Part shown: positions 1 through 10,202 of the stretch, piece by piece | Layout of the letters: every line of letters begins with the position of its first letter | Numbering within the stretch: position 1 is the stretch's first letter | Virus record (IMG/VR): IMGVR_UViG_3300025108_004499 | Strand: one strand, 5' to 3' | Source of the DNA: a virus | DNA: 64,000 nt | The notes under the pieces: generated by a model | Told to the model about the DNA's origin: nothing | The model's input: only the letters and a program-made list of their open reading frames with translations | The model's database searches: none | Made by a program: the position numbers and the translations under genes

Positions 1-252
1 ATTAATGTCAAAGCCGCCTTGAAATCCCCCTTGGTTAAAATGTTGTGAATTAAACTGTGGTTGTGGATTATCGTATGCTTGTCGTTTTTGTGGATCTTTT
101 AGTGTGCTGTATGCTTCGTTAACTTGCTTAAACTTTTCGTCACTACCACCTGTACGATCAGGGTGGTGTTGCATACTTAATTTCTTATATGCTTGTTTAA
201 GTTCTTTGTCCGAAGCGTTTCGATTAACACCTAATATATTGTAATAGTCCAT
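1..252 (-). CDS. dnaJ: DnaJ J-domain co-chaperone, 3' end runs off the window (not in ORF track)
   Basis: Manual translation [57 protein letters not shown] shows a J-domain with the HPD motif and then a G/F-rich linker. Confidence 0.95.
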   Translation of the reverse strand, partial: MDYYNILGVNRNASDKELKQAYKKLSMQHHPDRTGGSDEKFKQVNEAYSTLKDPQKRQAYDNPQPQFNSQHFNQGGFQGGFDIN

Positions 253-269
253 ACTATTACTTATAGAAA

Positions 270-656
270 CTATTTCTTAGATTTACTAGATCCGGTGTAT
301 AGTCCAAACCATGCCGCACCGGCACCTACAACAATACTAACAAGTCCGCTTTGTTCAAAACTTGGAGCATCTAAATTCATAAACCATATTACTACTTTAT
401 ATAATAGTACAATGTAAACAGTTAAGAATGCTCTTGGAAAAATTCTCCAAGCATCAATTGCTCTTGCTAAATGTATTAACCTAGCATATGGATTAGGACC
501 TAAGTCTTTTACACTTGTATCTACTTCTAAGTCTAGTTTGACTTTGCGTGTTGTACTATCTTGTGTAGCAACTACTACTGCGTCTGGCTTTGTTTCTGCT
601 ACTGGAGCAGGAGCCGCCTCTGGTTTATTCAAATCTTCTGGCTTCTTTCTTGGCAT
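270..656 (-). CDS. Two-TM membrane protein, holin candidate
   Basis: Two C-terminal hydrophobic helices and a basic tail; downstream of the lysis genes. Confidence 0.5.
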   Translation of the reverse strand: MPRKKPEDLNKPEAAPAPVAETKPDAVVVATQDSTTRKVKLDLEVDTSVKDLGPNPYARLIHLARAIDAWRIFPRAFLTVYIVLLYKVVIWFMNLDAPSFEQSGLVSIVVGAGAAWFGLYTGSSKSKK

Positions 657-937
657 TATCTTTTCCCCTCAAGATGTTTGATACGCTTTTCAAGCTCATC
701 TATTTTAGATGTAATTTTTGGATATTTCACACGCCAAGCATTTGGATCATTTTGTAACCATGTCCAACCCCAACGTATTGCTAGGTATTCTAGTGTGGCA
801 TCAAACTTTGTTACAGCCCATGTTGCCATTTTTGTATCTTTGAACCAGAATAAAAATCCTGCACCAAATACTGATCCAGCTAATGCTGTATAAATCCATA
901 AGCGATTGCTCGCCATTTGTTCAATCATTTCCCACAT
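656..937 (-). CDS. Small membrane protein
   Basis: One TM helix and a C-terminal coiled coil; GAGGG SD and upstream TAAATA. Confidence 0.6.
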   Translation of the reverse strand: MWEMIEQMASNRLWIYTALAGSVFGAGFLFWFKDTKMATWAVTKFDATLEYLAIRWGWTWLQNDPNAWRVKYPKITSKIDELEKRIKHLEGKR

Positions 938-969
938 AGTATTCCCTCATTATTATGTATGTATTTATG

Positions 970-1128
970 TCAAAAATCACAGGCTAAAGTCGCACCGGGC
1001 GTCACTTCGATATTACGTTTACCGTCTATAGTTACTTTTGGATTTGGTTTGGCTTCGCAATCCATTTGTTTTGCACATCCACTAGTCAGTATTAATGACA
1101 GTAGGGCAACAACAAATAATTTATTCAT
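970..1128 (-). CDS. 52-aa lipoprotein (not in ORF track)
   Basis: MNKLFVVALLSLILTSG-CAKQMDCEAKPNPKVTIDGKRNIEVTPGATLACDF: signal peptide with lipobox; TAATG overlap with the upstream gene. Confidence 0.7.
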   Translation of the reverse strand: MNKLFVVALLSLILTSGCAKQMDCEAKPNPKVTIDGKRNIEVTPGATLACDF

Positions 1129-1622
1129 TATTTGAATGGATTGATCTTATTTAAAATAGAGTCTTCTGGAGTAGAATTTTGCTTGTCGACTTCTTCTTTA
1201 GCACCTTGGATTTCACTGTTTGCATCTTCTAGTGCCTGTTCTGATTCTTCGTAGTAATTTTGGTAAGCGGCAATGATTGCTTTTTGCTGTTGTAACAGTT
1301 TCATAATATCGCTTATGTTCATTGCAAGTATTTCGTAGCCATCATCAGTTAATCCAATTAGTACAGGATCTTTTTTATCTTTTTTTAGTCTTTCCCAAAC
1401 TTCTTGAGCATTTTCTTCGTTAATAACTACCCATTCTAAATCTTTTAAGCGTAATTCATCTGCTGGTGGTAAAACTAATTTAGGTTTTTCAATTGGCTTT
1501 GCACTTATTTCAATTTGTCTTGGAGTTGATGTACAACTAGATAAAACAAACGCCGCCAATAATATAACTAAAACTATTACACCTCTGCCTACATGTCTGT
1601 TCATAAGTTCTTCCTTTTCCAT
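1128..1622 (-). CDS. Outer-membrane lipoprotein, o-spanin-like
   Basis: Lipobox LSS-C followed by a Pro-rich segment; overlaps an i-spanin-like gene next to the endolysin. Confidence 0.65.
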   Translation of the reverse strand: MEKEELMNRHVGRGVIVLVILLAAFVLSSCTSTPRQIEISAKPIEKPKLVLPPADELRLKDLEWVVINEENAQEVWERLKKDKKDPVLIGLTDDGYEILAMNISDIMKLLQQQKAIIAAYQNYYEESEQALEDANSEIQGAKEEVDKQNSTPEDSILNKINPFK

Positions 1623-2098
1623 GCATCTGATTGTATGTTAGGATCAAAGTTTGGATTTGCTGTGCGCCAACATTCGTTGTTTATTTCACTAGGCTTAGTT
1701 GCACTAAGTTCTTTTTCAGTCAATGCACTACCACTAAAAATTTCTAAACAACGCTGTGCATTTTTAGTTGCATTGTTTAAAACCTTTTCAGTTAAACCAG
1801 GCTTAGCAACTCCACTTGCGCCAATGTCGTGTCTAGAAAGTCTATTTTCTAGTGAACGATTTCTGTTGTTTATTTCTTTAAACTGTTCTTGTAGTTTATT
1901 GTTTTCTACAACCATTGCTTCAAAAGAAGCCCTTTGCGATGCTAGAGCTTCTTCATTTGTTTGGACTGCTGTTTCTAGTTTTGCGTTATTTTCGTTTAAG
2001 ATAGCAATACGTTCTTGTGTGTCATTATAATACCAATAGGCGCCACCGCTCATGGCACACATTAAAACAAACATTACTAATGCTAACTTTGCACCCAT
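1601..2098 (-). CDS. i-spanin-like protein
   Basis: N-terminal TM, long coiled coil and C-terminal Cys residues; directly after the endolysin. Confidence 0.65.
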   Translation of the reverse strand: MGAKLALVMFVLMCAMSGGAYWYYNDTQERIAILNENNAKLETAVQTNEEALASQRASFEAMVVENNKLQEQFKEINNRNRSLENRLSRHDIGASGVAKPGLTEKVLNNATKNAQRCLEIFSGSALTEKELSATKPSEINNECWRTANPNFDPNIQSDAWKRKNL

Positions 2099-2103
2099 AC
2101 CGC

Positions 2104-2952
2104 CTACCCTAGTAACTTTCCCAATGTTTTTGGTCCTACAATACCGTCAGCAGTAAGTCCGTTTGAACTCTGCCATTCTTTAACAATACGTGCAGTGCCT
2201 GGACCAAAGATTCCATCAGCAGGTGAAATATCAAGTTTCTCTTGTACTTCTGCTACTAGTGGACCACGTGATCCTTGCCTAATTGTTTGATTGTAATCTA
2301 CCTCTGGCTCTTCAAAGTCGCCACCTAGTACATCCATTGCATGTAGGTAATGTTTCTTGCGATCATCTAAACCAATAGTTCCGCCGTTAATACGTTTTGT
2401 TGCGCCTACAATATCCATAGCATCACAATACTTGTTTAAGTTGTTTGTATCCCAGAACCAACATGCTGAGTCTAGTGCGCCTTTCTTAGTGCGTACATAA
2501 TCAGTTGCTTCTTCCGGAGTCATTTCCATTTCTTTAGCAAACTGTGTATAATTGTAACGTCCAGTTAACTGAAGTATACCACCACCGCGAAAGCGCCAGC
2601 CGTCACCACTAGCAGTATCGCCGTTGTCCATACGTGAAGCGTAAATAACGTTTGCGATTTTTTCAGGTTGTCTATGATATTCATTTGCATCTCTATTTGC
2701 TCTCCTAAAATATTTAGGAAAAATTGTATTCAATGCTTTGGCGCTATAGTTCAAGTTTTCACTTAGTACTCTAAAGCCGCCACTCTCGTGTCCACATTGT
2801 GCTACAAACATTGCTACACGCTCTGCTGTATTCACTTCCCATAATGGTAAGATCTCGCACATTGCGTTGTACCAATCTTTCCAATCGTCTCTATGAATAA
2901 GCTCTTCAGCCATCCATTCTTCGAAATCAAATTTAAAGTGTTCTTTAGCCAT
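2104..2952 (-). CDS. Endolysin: GH19 chitinase-like domain plus C-terminal peptidoglycan-binding domain
   Basis: AQCGHESGGF, ENLNYS, FRGGGILQLTGRYNY, TKRINGG; C-terminal DGIFGPGT..Q...GLTADGIVGPKT. Confidence 0.93.
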   Translation of the reverse strand: MAKEHFKFDFEEWMAEELIHRDDWKDWYNAMCEILPLWEVNTAERVAMFVAQCGHESGGFRVLSENLNYSAKALNTIFPKYFRRANRDANEYHRQPEKIANVIYASRMDNGDTASGDGWRFRGGGILQLTGRYNYTQFAKEMEMTPEEATDYVRTKKGALDSACWFWDTNNLNKYCDAMDIVGATKRINGGTIGLDDRKKHYLHAMDVLGGDFEEPEVDYNQTIRQGSRGPLVAEVQEKLDISPADGIFGPGTARIVKEWQSSNGLTADGIVGPKTLGKLLG

Positions 2953-3100
2953 TTTCTTTTGTATCCTTTATTTGGCATGCCATACATCGACATTGCTCAC
3001 ATACTTTGATATTTATAGTTTGATTGTCGCCGTCTTTATGATCTTTGAATAAACTTGTTCCACAATGTGATTCGTGTCCGCAATTTTGACAGTTATTCAT
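2945..3100 (-). CDS. 51-aa Cys/His-rich metallothionein-like microprotein (not in ORF track)
   Basis: MNNCQNCGHESHCGTSLFKDHKDGDNQTINIKVCEQCRCMACQIKDTKENG; exactly fills the intergenic gap. Confidence 0.7.
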   Translation of the reverse strand: MNNCQNCGHESHCGTSLFKDHKDGDNQTINIKVCEQCRCMACQIKDTKENG

Positions 3101-3799
3101 TTAGATCCTTTTTAAATGTAAACTATAACCTTCGTTAGTTAGTATAACATTTTCACCATACTTAGTAATATTATAGTCTCCTAGTACTTTAGTAAGGAAA
3201 ATAACTTCACTCATGTCTTTCATGTTAATAGTTTCATTAATTACTGTATCTTTACCAAAGTCTGTTACTTCAAATCTTAGTGGCTGTGCATAAGTGTTTT
3301 TAACAATTAGTGTTTCACCTAGCATATCAATAGATTCGGCATAACTTTTAGTAAAGAAGTTTTTATAGTTTTCATACTGTGTTTCGTTAACAGCAATATC
3401 GTAACTTTCTTTATCAACAGGTATAGTTGCTAAATTTTCTTCGTCAAGTTCTTTACTTCTAAAGTTCTTGTAATATCTAAACTTCATTTTTTCTAAATCA
3501 GCTAGTTTACTTACACCGTCAGCAATTTCTATAATTTGCATTGGTATATCTTTGTTACGTTCCATTTCAACAAATACTTTGTACGTACCATCTGACTGTT
3601 CTCCTGAAGTAACATCAGCATCAAGCACAAACGGATAACCTTTTTCAATAAAGTTTTCTAAATCTTTTGCAGGTTCTTGTCCGTGTACACTAAATGCTAG
3701 TGTAACAATATCAGAATCTTCACCCATTTTTGATTTATAAGAATCAATTTCGATAATCTTATCTACTAAATGTCCTAGATCGTTTTTAAGTAAACCCAT
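3101..3799 (-). CDS. Hypothetical phage protein
   Basis: 232-aa ORF translationally coupled to its neighbours. Confidence 0.7.
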   Translation of the reverse strand: MGLLKNDLGHLVDKIIEIDSYKSKMGEDSDIVTLAFSVHGQEPAKDLENFIEKGYPFVLDADVTSGEQSDGTYKVFVEMERNKDIPMQIIEIADGVSKLADLEKMKFRYYKNFRSKELDEENLATIPVDKESYDIAVNETQYENYKNFFTKSYAESIDMLGETLIVKNTYAQPLRFEVTDFGKDTVINETINMKDMSEVIFLTKVLGDYNITKYGENVILTNEGYSLHLKRI

Positions 3800-4335
3800 T
3801 ATACTGTCTCTAACTCTTCGCCGCCAGCATCAGCACTTGCTTGTGCTCCTAAATCAGCTTCTTGTGTTTCTGCAGGAACAGTAGGTTGTGATCCAGCATC
3901 TACTTCGTAATTTTGCATTGCTTTCATGCCACCATAAATGTCTGCAATTAATTTTTTAGGCATCATAATCTCTACGACCCAAATTGGTAATGTATCTAAC
4001 TTACCTTTTTTAGTACCAGGACGAATATCATCTGGTTTACGTATTTTACGTGGTTTTATAATTTTATCTTTTTTATAGGTAACCTTACAGTCATAGTCTA
4101 ACAAACGTTTTCCGCCCATTGGATCAGGCATTTCGTCAATTGGCCACATAAACGCACAAGTTACCCAATGTCTGCTAATTTTAGGACCGTGTACTATTTC
4201 GCCTTCAGCCCAGTTTTCATACACATATATGTCTAAATCATCTAGCACTCTTTCAAAGTCTTTTAATACAGTGAATGCTACATCGCTGTCATATATCTCT
4301 GATATGTTTTTTACTACGTCTGTGATATCTCTCAT
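3799..4335 (-). CDS. Hypothetical phage protein
   Basis: 178-aa ORF with AGGTGG SD and upstream TAAATA. Confidence 0.7.
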   Translation of the reverse strand: MRDITDVVKNISEIYDSDVAFTVLKDFERVLDDLDIYVYENWAEGEIVHGPKISRHWVTCAFMWPIDEMPDPMGGKRLLDYDCKVTYKKDKIIKPRKIRKPDDIRPGTKKGKLDTLPIWVVEIMMPKKLIADIYGGMKAMQNYEVDAGSQPTVPAETQEADLGAQASADAGGEELETV

Positions 4336-4470
4336 TATATCGCCACCTATTCTATTATATAGTTATTTATCACATAAGTTGTGTTAGCACTTAACAGTTG
4401 ACAAACCTAGATAAATATTTTTGTAAACAAAGTAAGAGTTTATAGAAGTCACATTAAAGGAGGACACTTC

Positions 4471-5193
4471 ATGAGTGCAAAGCGAGCTCGCAAGAGTAAG
4501 AACTTTCACAATAATGTTGTTCAAATTAATAACTACCTTCCTGAAAAGCACAAAAATGTTAAAATTGTGCCTCGTAATAGGGCACAGGAATCTTACATGC
4601 TAACTCTGGCTGATGCAAAGAAAGACGTTGTCTTTGGCATTGGTCCGGCTGGTACTGGTAAGACTCTGATCGCAGTTTTAACAGCAATTAAACTTTTCAA
4701 AGAAGGTGTTGTGGACAAAATTATTGTTACAAGACCGGCTGTTTCAGTTGACGAGGATCTAGGTTTTTTACCTGGCACCTTAGAACAAAAAATGGCCCCC
4801 TGGACAAGACCTATATTTGACGTATTAAGAGATTATTTTACGGCAAAAGATATCGAAGGCATGATTGCAGAAGGTGTATTAGAAATAGCACCGTTAGCAT
4901 ATATGCGTGGTCGAACGTTTAAAAAGGCATATATCATTGCTGACGAGATGCAAAACTCAACAGCTAATCAAATGAAGATGCTACTAACACGTTTAGGGGA
5001 AGGTTCCAAGATGGCCGTGACAGGAGACTTAAATCAAGCAGACAGAATGAAAGATAATGGCTTAATTGACTTTATTGATCATTTAGGTAAGTTTGGTTAT
5101 GCGTCACACCTAGCATGTATAGAATTTGGTCACCAAGACATTGAAAGGCATGAAGCAGTGAAGGAGATATTAGAAGTATACGGAGACGAATAA
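4471..5193 (+). CDS. phoH: PhoH-family ATPase
   Basis: GPAGTGKT, TRPAV, LGFLPG, YMRGRTF, DEMQN, LTRLG, GDLNQ. Confidence 0.95.
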   Translation: MSAKRARKSKNFHNNVVQINNYLPEKHKNVKIVPRNRAQESYMLTLADAKKDVVFGIGPAGTGKTLIAVLTAIKLFKEGVVDKIIVTRPAVSVDEDLGFLPGTLEQKMAPWTRPIFDVLRDYFTAKDIEGMIAEGVLEIAPLAYMRGRTFKKAYIIADEMQNSTANQMKMLLTRLGEGSKMAVTGDLNQADRMKDNGLIDFIDHLGKFGYASHLACIEFGHQDIERHEAVKEILEVYGDE

Positions 5194-5194
5194 A

Positions 5195-5216
5195 GAAAGG
5201 GGTTTAGGCCCCTTTC
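5195..5216. terminator. Hairpin between convergent genes, probable bidirectional terminator
   Basis: GAAAGGGG-TTTAGG-CCCCTTTC. Confidence 0.6.
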
Positions 5217-5428
5217 AATACTTGAATTAAATATTCATTTTCTGTGTAGGTATATTCCCAACTTGAACACTTGATAGGTGGTTTACCCATATCATCATAG
5301 TGTGTGTATTTGATATAGTAGTGTGCTAACCACACACGTTTATTACTATTGGTTACTACAGGTAGCCAAGCAAACTTCTTTACAACAGAATGTTGTTGTA
5401 CGTCACGTTGCCAGTTAGCACCCATCAT
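5204..5428 (-). CDS. Hypothetical protein
   Basis: 74-aa ORF coupled to thyX by an ATGA overlap. Confidence 0.6.
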   Translation of the reverse strand: MMGANWQRDVQQHSVVKKFAWLPVVTNSNKRVWLAHYYIKYTHYDDMGKPPIKCSSWEYTYTENEYLIQVLKGA

Positions 5429-6090
5429 AGAGTTTTCATTAGTGGGAAAATCTCTGCAATAATTTTAGCACATTCATGAGCAATGTCCATGTGTTCTTTT
5501 TGTGTACCATTAGCACCACGTAGTTCAATGTAGTGTACCCAACTACGTAGAGTACCATTCATATACAATCTTGTTTTTGTATTACCTTCAGGTAGCACTA
5601 CACGAGCTTGCTCTTTAGCAATACCAGACTCAATAGCCCAATCATATACTTCACGAGCTTTATCGATTACTTCTTGTTGCTTAGACGCCCAAGCATAGTG
5701 AATGTCAGATTCACTGTCAACTTCTACACTGTTTTGTCTATTTGTATTATCTTGTAATCTTGCTTCTCTAGTAATAAACATTTCACCCATTTCTGCCGGA
5801 TTAGCATAACGCTGACTAAACTCTTGAAACGCAAAACTTCTGTGTCTTACAATCTGATGTGCAATATCACGTGTAGTATTAATTTCTAATACTGCATTAA
5901 CCATTTCTAAAGGTGACCAATGTTGATGTTTGATCAAATACTTAATTAAACGTTCACTTGTTTCCATATTAATTTGTGCTGTAGGATTTGATACTTTGGC
6001 ACAAAATGCAATAAGATCTTGAACGTTTTCAAGTCCTTCTTTTAAAAACTCGTCTGCTGGTTTACTATAACTTACTAATTTAACGTTCAC
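5425..6090 (-). CDS. thyX: Flavin-dependent thymidylate synthase
   Basis: HWSPLE, RHRSFAFQEFSQRY, KEQARVVLP. Confidence 0.95.
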   Translation of the reverse strand: MNVKLVSYSKPADEFLKEGLENVQDLIAFCAKVSNPTAQINMETSERLIKYLIKHQHWSPLEMVNAVLEINTTRDIAHQIVRHRSFAFQEFSQRYANPAEMGEMFITREARLQDNTNRQNSVEVDSESDIHYAWASKQQEVIDKAREVYDWAIESGIAKEQARVVLPEGNTKTRLYMNGTLRSWVHYIELRGANGTQKEHMDIAHECAKIIAEIFPLMKTL

Positions 6091-6624
6091 TTAAAACTCC
6101 ATATCTGCCGCTACAATATAGCGGTCTTGTTGTGATTGTACTATGCCTGGACGATGCCATACCTTTCCAGGATATATCATCCAGTGTCCTGTTTTCCAAG
6201 GTACAAAAAAGTTACCTTCACCTTCTGGACTAATAGGTGCTAATTCTGTTCCTGCTTTTTCTAAATCTTTTACATCATCAGGTAACTGCATATAGTATAC
6301 ACCGCTTACTGTAGTTGTTTCAGGATTGTGATTGTGATGGTGCCAAAGTGTATCTCTATCCTCAGCATGTTTTAAACTTGTACGAAAACTCCAACTTTGT
6401 ACGTTTTTAATTTGTACTTCTCTTCCTAAGTATCTAAAGCAACTCCAAAGGAAACTCATCTTTAGATCTGTAAAATCTTGAAACACGTTCCAATTTGTTT
6501 GATACTTTGGACTGTTAGTCCAAAACCTACCAGAGTCTATACCTGTTGATACAGTACGACACATTCTTTGTCTGTCGTCTTCCGTAAGCAAGTTATTCCA
6601 ATCGTAATATTCATACTCAACCAT
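6091..6624 (-). CDS. 2OG-Fe(II) oxygenase-like protein
   Basis: WHHHNH..SGVYY..GT..YPGKVWHRP..R..VAAD. Confidence 0.75.
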   Translation of the reverse strand: MVEYEYYDWNNLLTEDDRQRMCRTVSTGIDSGRFWTNSPKYQTNWNVFQDFTDLKMSFLWSCFRYLGREVQIKNVQSWSFRTSLKHAEDRDTLWHHHNHNPETTTVSGVYYMQLPDDVKDLEKAGTELAPISPEGEGNFFVPWKTGHWMIYPGKVWHRPGIVQSQQDRYIVAADMEF

Positions 6625-7255
6625 TCTTTATATACCTATCTTCTGTACACTGTTGATCAAAGTCAACTCTTTCATAATTATTCCTAGACATGATCCAATC
6701 TATCTTTGCTCTATTTTCTTCATTTTCATATTCTATGCTAAACATTTTAATATCATATTTAGAAAAGTCAAGGCCTGTTAAAACTTCAATTTCGCTTCCT
6801 TCAACATCAATGCTTATGTAATCAATCTTATTAGGTGCATTGTAAAGTTCTAACAAATCTGTAAGTGTAATTGTAAACACTTTATGATCGTTCATTTTAA
6901 CGGGCATATCGTTGCTTACAAGACCATCTATACCACTTCTAAGATTCCAACCATAAAACTCTGATTGATCACCTAAATATTTGAAGGGTAGTATTTTTCC
7001 TGATTCTTTATATACACACAGGTCGCTAACTATTGTATCTCTAGCACCACACATACTTTTTAATGTAACAGGATTTGGATCTACACAAATACCTTGCCAT
7101 TTATAAAACTTTTCAAGTAAGTATGTATTACTAGCAGTAACTCCGTCACTAGCACCAATGTCAACAAAGAAACCACTTCTGTAATAACTTTTTTCTAACG
7201 CCCAGAAGTCACACCCGTTTTCACTAAATTTTAAATTTGAACCTTCAGGACCCAT
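6617..7255 (-). CDS. FkbM-family methyltransferase
   Basis: FFVDIGASDG..SNT, IDYISIDVEGSE. Confidence 0.9.
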   Translation of the reverse strand: MGPEGSNLKFSENGCDFWALEKSYYRSGFFVDIGASDGVTASNTYLLEKFYKWQGICVDPNPVTLKSMCGARDTIVSDLCVYKESGKILPFKYLGDQSEFYGWNLRSGIDGLVSNDMPVKMNDHKVFTITLTDLLELYNAPNKIDYISIDVEGSEIEVLTGLDFSKYDIKMFSIEYENEENRAKIDWIMSRNNYERVDFDQQCTEDRYIKNG

Positions 7256-7575
7256 TAACCTTGCCTATACACAATATGTACACCCCAAGGTGATATGACT
7301 GGTGGACCAATATCGTCAACTTGAATTACTTTTACAGCATTACTAAAGTCAGGGTGCATCTTTTCTTCTTCAAACCATCCTAGCTCTCCGCCGTGTCTTG
7401 GACCACTTGCACATGCACTATGTTTTCCTGCCGCTTCGGCAAAACTAATTTTACTACTTTTAATATCTTTTATTAATTGTTCAGCATCAGCAACAGCAAC
7501 ACCTAAGGGTCTATCGTGCGAACTGTTTGGTGATTTATCAAAACTTAACAAGATATGTTTACATTTTAATTTCAT
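7255..7575 (-). CDS. Parvulin-type peptidyl-prolyl isomerase
   Basis: KHILL, FAEAAGKHS, GGELGWF, SPWGVHI. Confidence 0.9.
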   Translation of the reverse strand: MKLKCKHILLSFDKSPNSSHDRPLGVAVADAEQLIKDIKSSKISFAEAAGKHSACASGPRHGGELGWFEEEKMHPDFSNAVKVIQVDDIGPPVISPWGVHIVYRQG

Positions 7576-7917
7576 TTAATCTCCTCGTCCAGGTTTTTCT
7601 GAAAAATGCTCCATTTTATTTTCTACGCCTGCCCATTCCTCTGCATCTTTAGGAACATCCTCTTTACGCATCTGAGTAATATTAGGCCAAGTATTTGACC
7701 ATTTGTGATTAAGCTCATAAAATTTATTATCAGTATCTTGGAAGTCTGTAATAATAGCATCTACTGGACATTCAGGTTCACACACTCCACAGTCAATACA
7801 TTCGTCTGGATTAATTACAAGCATGTTTTCACCTTCGTAGAAACAATCTACAGGACAAACTTCTACGCAATCCATGTGTTTACATTTAATACAGTTGTCG
7901 TTGACTAAGTATGTCAT
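7576..7917 (-). CDS. fdxA: FdxA-type dicluster ferredoxin
   Basis: [34 protein letters not shown]. Confidence 0.93.
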   Translation of the reverse strand: MTYLVNDNCIKCKHMDCVEVCPVDCFYEGENMLVINPDECIDCGVCEPECPVDAIITDFQDTDNKFYELNHKWSNTWPNITQMRKEDVPKDAEEWAGVENKMEHFSEKPGRGD

Positions 7918-8330
7918 AGATCTCCTTTATCTCGCATTTCTGCACGTATTTTTGTAGCACTAATATTATGTATCTCTTTTCCTAAGTCATGCTCTGTAAA
8001 AGTGTAACCTACACCTCTACCATAACTAATGTCTACAATATTAGGTACTTTCATAATAGTATATTCTTTTTTATAAGTATAGCCTGCTTTGTTTAGTCCT
8101 TCGATAATACCGTCCATTACATCTATATGTGTAAAAGGATTATCTGTTTGTGCTACAGTTCTTCCGGCTCCTGCATCGTCACCGACTATACCAAATACAT
8201 CACGTATTTGAATACACACTTGGCCTGTTTCTGCTAATGCACGTTTGAACAGTTCTGTATGTCCATCATGCCAAGGTTGCCATCTTCCTAGCATTTGTGT
8301 TGTAGGCTTTTGCCAATCAAAGTCCGTCAT
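7914..8330 (-). CDS. Cytidylyltransferase-like (HxGH) nucleotidyltransferase
   Basis: [10 protein letters not shown] and C-terminal ISATKIR. Confidence 0.8.
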   Translation of the reverse strand: MTDFDWQKPTTQMLGRWQPWHDGHTELFKRALAETGQVCIQIRDVFGIVGDDAGAGRTVAQTDNPFTHIDVMDGIIEGLNKAGYTYKKEYTIMKVPNIVDISYGRGVGYTFTEHDLGKEIHNISATKIRAEMRDKGDL

Positions 8331-8748
8331 ATTGTTTCCCCATAAATCTATTTACTACAGGCAACAATGCTGATGCAGTATCCTCAAACCATTTACCTAC
8401 ATGATAATCGCAACTAGGCGGAGTTTCAAACATTTTATTAGTATCTTCAAAACGTCCTTCTTCGATAGTATCCATCCAAACTGTATAGTCTGGTGCAAAC
8501 TCTGTACGTGCTTGTTCAGTGGGGCACACAAAGTCGGCAACTGCAATTTTGCCGGCCATGACTACTCCATCAGCTAAGTGACGCATACGTTGTGCTTGTC
8601 TAATACGTCCTTCGGGTGTAAAATCCCAATCATTGTATTGTGTACGTACTGCATCAGCATTGATATGTACTGCTCCAATTAACTCTGAAAAGGGTTTTGC
8701 AAGTGTAGTTTTCCCACTACCGGGTAGTCCAAATATTAAAATCTTCAT
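8317..8748 (-). CDS. Adenylyl-sulfate kinase-like P-loop kinase
   Basis: GLPGSGKTT, NADAVR, DFTPEGR. Confidence 0.8.
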   Translation of the reverse strand: MKILIFGLPGSGKTTLAKPFSELIGAVHINADAVRTQYNDWDFTPEGRIRQAQRMRHLADGVVMAGKIAVADFVCPTEQARTEFAPDYTVWMDTIEEGRFEDTNKMFETPPSCDYHVGKWFEDTASALLPVVNRFMGKQYDGL

Positions 8749-9666
8749 TTACAATCTCGCTAATCTAATTAACGTTGCAGACAAGTTAATCTCTGGGTCA
8801 GAAACTAATGTATGATCTACAAGACCTTGCTTAATAATTAAAATTGCACTTTCTTGTCTTTCTTCATCTTCACCAAACAATTCAATATTGTCATACAACC
8901 ATTTATATATGTCTTCAATTTCTTCTGGTCTTACTTGACTACAGACTAGTTTACGTGCATCTCTAATCTTGCCTTGCTTAAATAGTTCAACCATTTGAAT
9001 CTTATAATCAGCATCACCTGCATCTGCTTTAGCTGGCGGAACTAATACGCCGTCAACACAATTCATTTGCACCATGTTAATACATTTACGCAAATCAGGA
9101 TACGTTGCTTTTACATAAGTGTCTAAGATATCCAAGTCTGGAGTGACACCTTCTGTAAGAACAATTTCTGCTACACGAGCAGTAAATTCTGTTTGGTCAA
9201 TACGTTCAATATGAAAGCCTTGACACCTACTATGTAATGCAGGAATAATTCTGTTTGGATAGTTACAAGTTAAAATAAATCTTGCTGTTGTATGATACTC
9301 TTCCATTACGCCACGCAACGCCGCTTGTGCGTTTGGACTTAGATAATCAGCCTCATCAAGTAGTACACATTTAAACTCACCAAATGGAATCATTTGTACA
9401 AAGTTTACAATCTTGTCACGTACATCTTCTACTGAGTTTGTACGACTAGCATTAATCTCTAGTATATCAAGGTCACCTACTTCTAGTTGATTAAGAAGAA
9501 TCTTTGCAAGTGTTGTCTTACCAATACCTGCGTTACCACTAAACAATAAATGCGGAATAGTACCATCTTTTATCCATTGGTTGACTTGTTGCTTTTGTGC
9601 ATCATCTCTAAATACATATCCATCAACTGTGCTTGGACGATATTTTTCTACCCATAATTCTTTCAT
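8749..9666 (-). CDS. Clamp loader subunit (RFC small / T4 gp44-like)
   Basis: LWVEKYRP, GNAGIGKTT, EINAS, LDEAD, SRC. Confidence 0.93.
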   Translation of the reverse strand: MKELWVEKYRPSTVDGYVFRDDAQKQQVNQWIKDGTIPHLLFSGNAGIGKTTLAKILLNQLEVGDLDILEINASRTNSVEDVRDKIVNFVQMIPFGEFKCVLLDEADYLSPNAQAALRGVMEEYHTTARFILTCNYPNRIIPALHSRCQGFHIERIDQTEFTARVAEIVLTEGVTPDLDILDTYVKATYPDLRKCINMVQMNCVDGVLVPPAKADAGDADYKIQMVELFKQGKIRDARKLVCSQVRPEEIEDIYKWLYDNIELFGEDEERQESAILIIKQGLVDHTLVSDPEINLSATLIRLARL

Positions 9667-10202
9667 CTAGTAACTCCAAAGTGTTTGTATGTTTGCTGTA
9701 GGCATTTTGCTTGATAATAACAATCTGCTAGAGCATTGTGTAGTTGTTCTTGTATTGCTTTACGTGGATCACTTGGCATCATTGCAAACACCGTTCTGCT
9801 ATCTCTAATTTGCCAGTAGTTCCACGGACATGGCTTGCCAATGTTCTTGTATAAGTTTTGTAATATTGCATAATCAAATAACGGACCTTGACACCATAGA
9901 TAGTCAACTCCAACACACCATTTGTTGAGTTGCTTTGTTAAGTTATCCATATTTACTCGCTCATGATCTCCAAAGGCTTCGTCTTGGATTTCTTGCTTTT
10001 GTTTGCCCCACCATTCTAGTGTGTTATTATCAATACTACGACCATACTTCTCTGATTGTTCTTCTACATCACAACGTAGGTACAATCCATGATTGGGTTC
10101 AGCATCACTGAACGGATCAAACTTAACTGCACCTAAAGTGATTATAACACTATCAGGCTCAACGCCTAGTGTTTCTAAATCAATCATTCCATGTATTGCC
10201 AT
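9663..10202 (-). CDS. DEDDh 3'-5' exonuclease (start revised to 10202)
   Basis: MIDLETLG, FD, RDSRT, HNALADC; the ATG overlaps the stop of the upstream small ORF. Confidence 0.85.
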   Translation of the reverse strand: MAIHGMIDLETLGVEPDSVIITLGAVKFDPFSDAEPNHGLYLRCDVEEQSEKYGRSIDNNTLEWWGKQKQEIQDEAFGDHERVNMDNLTKQLNKWCVGVDYLWCQGPLFDYAILQNLYKNIGKPCPWNYWQIRDSRTVFAMMPSDPRKAIQEQLHNALADCYYQAKCLQQTYKHFGVTR

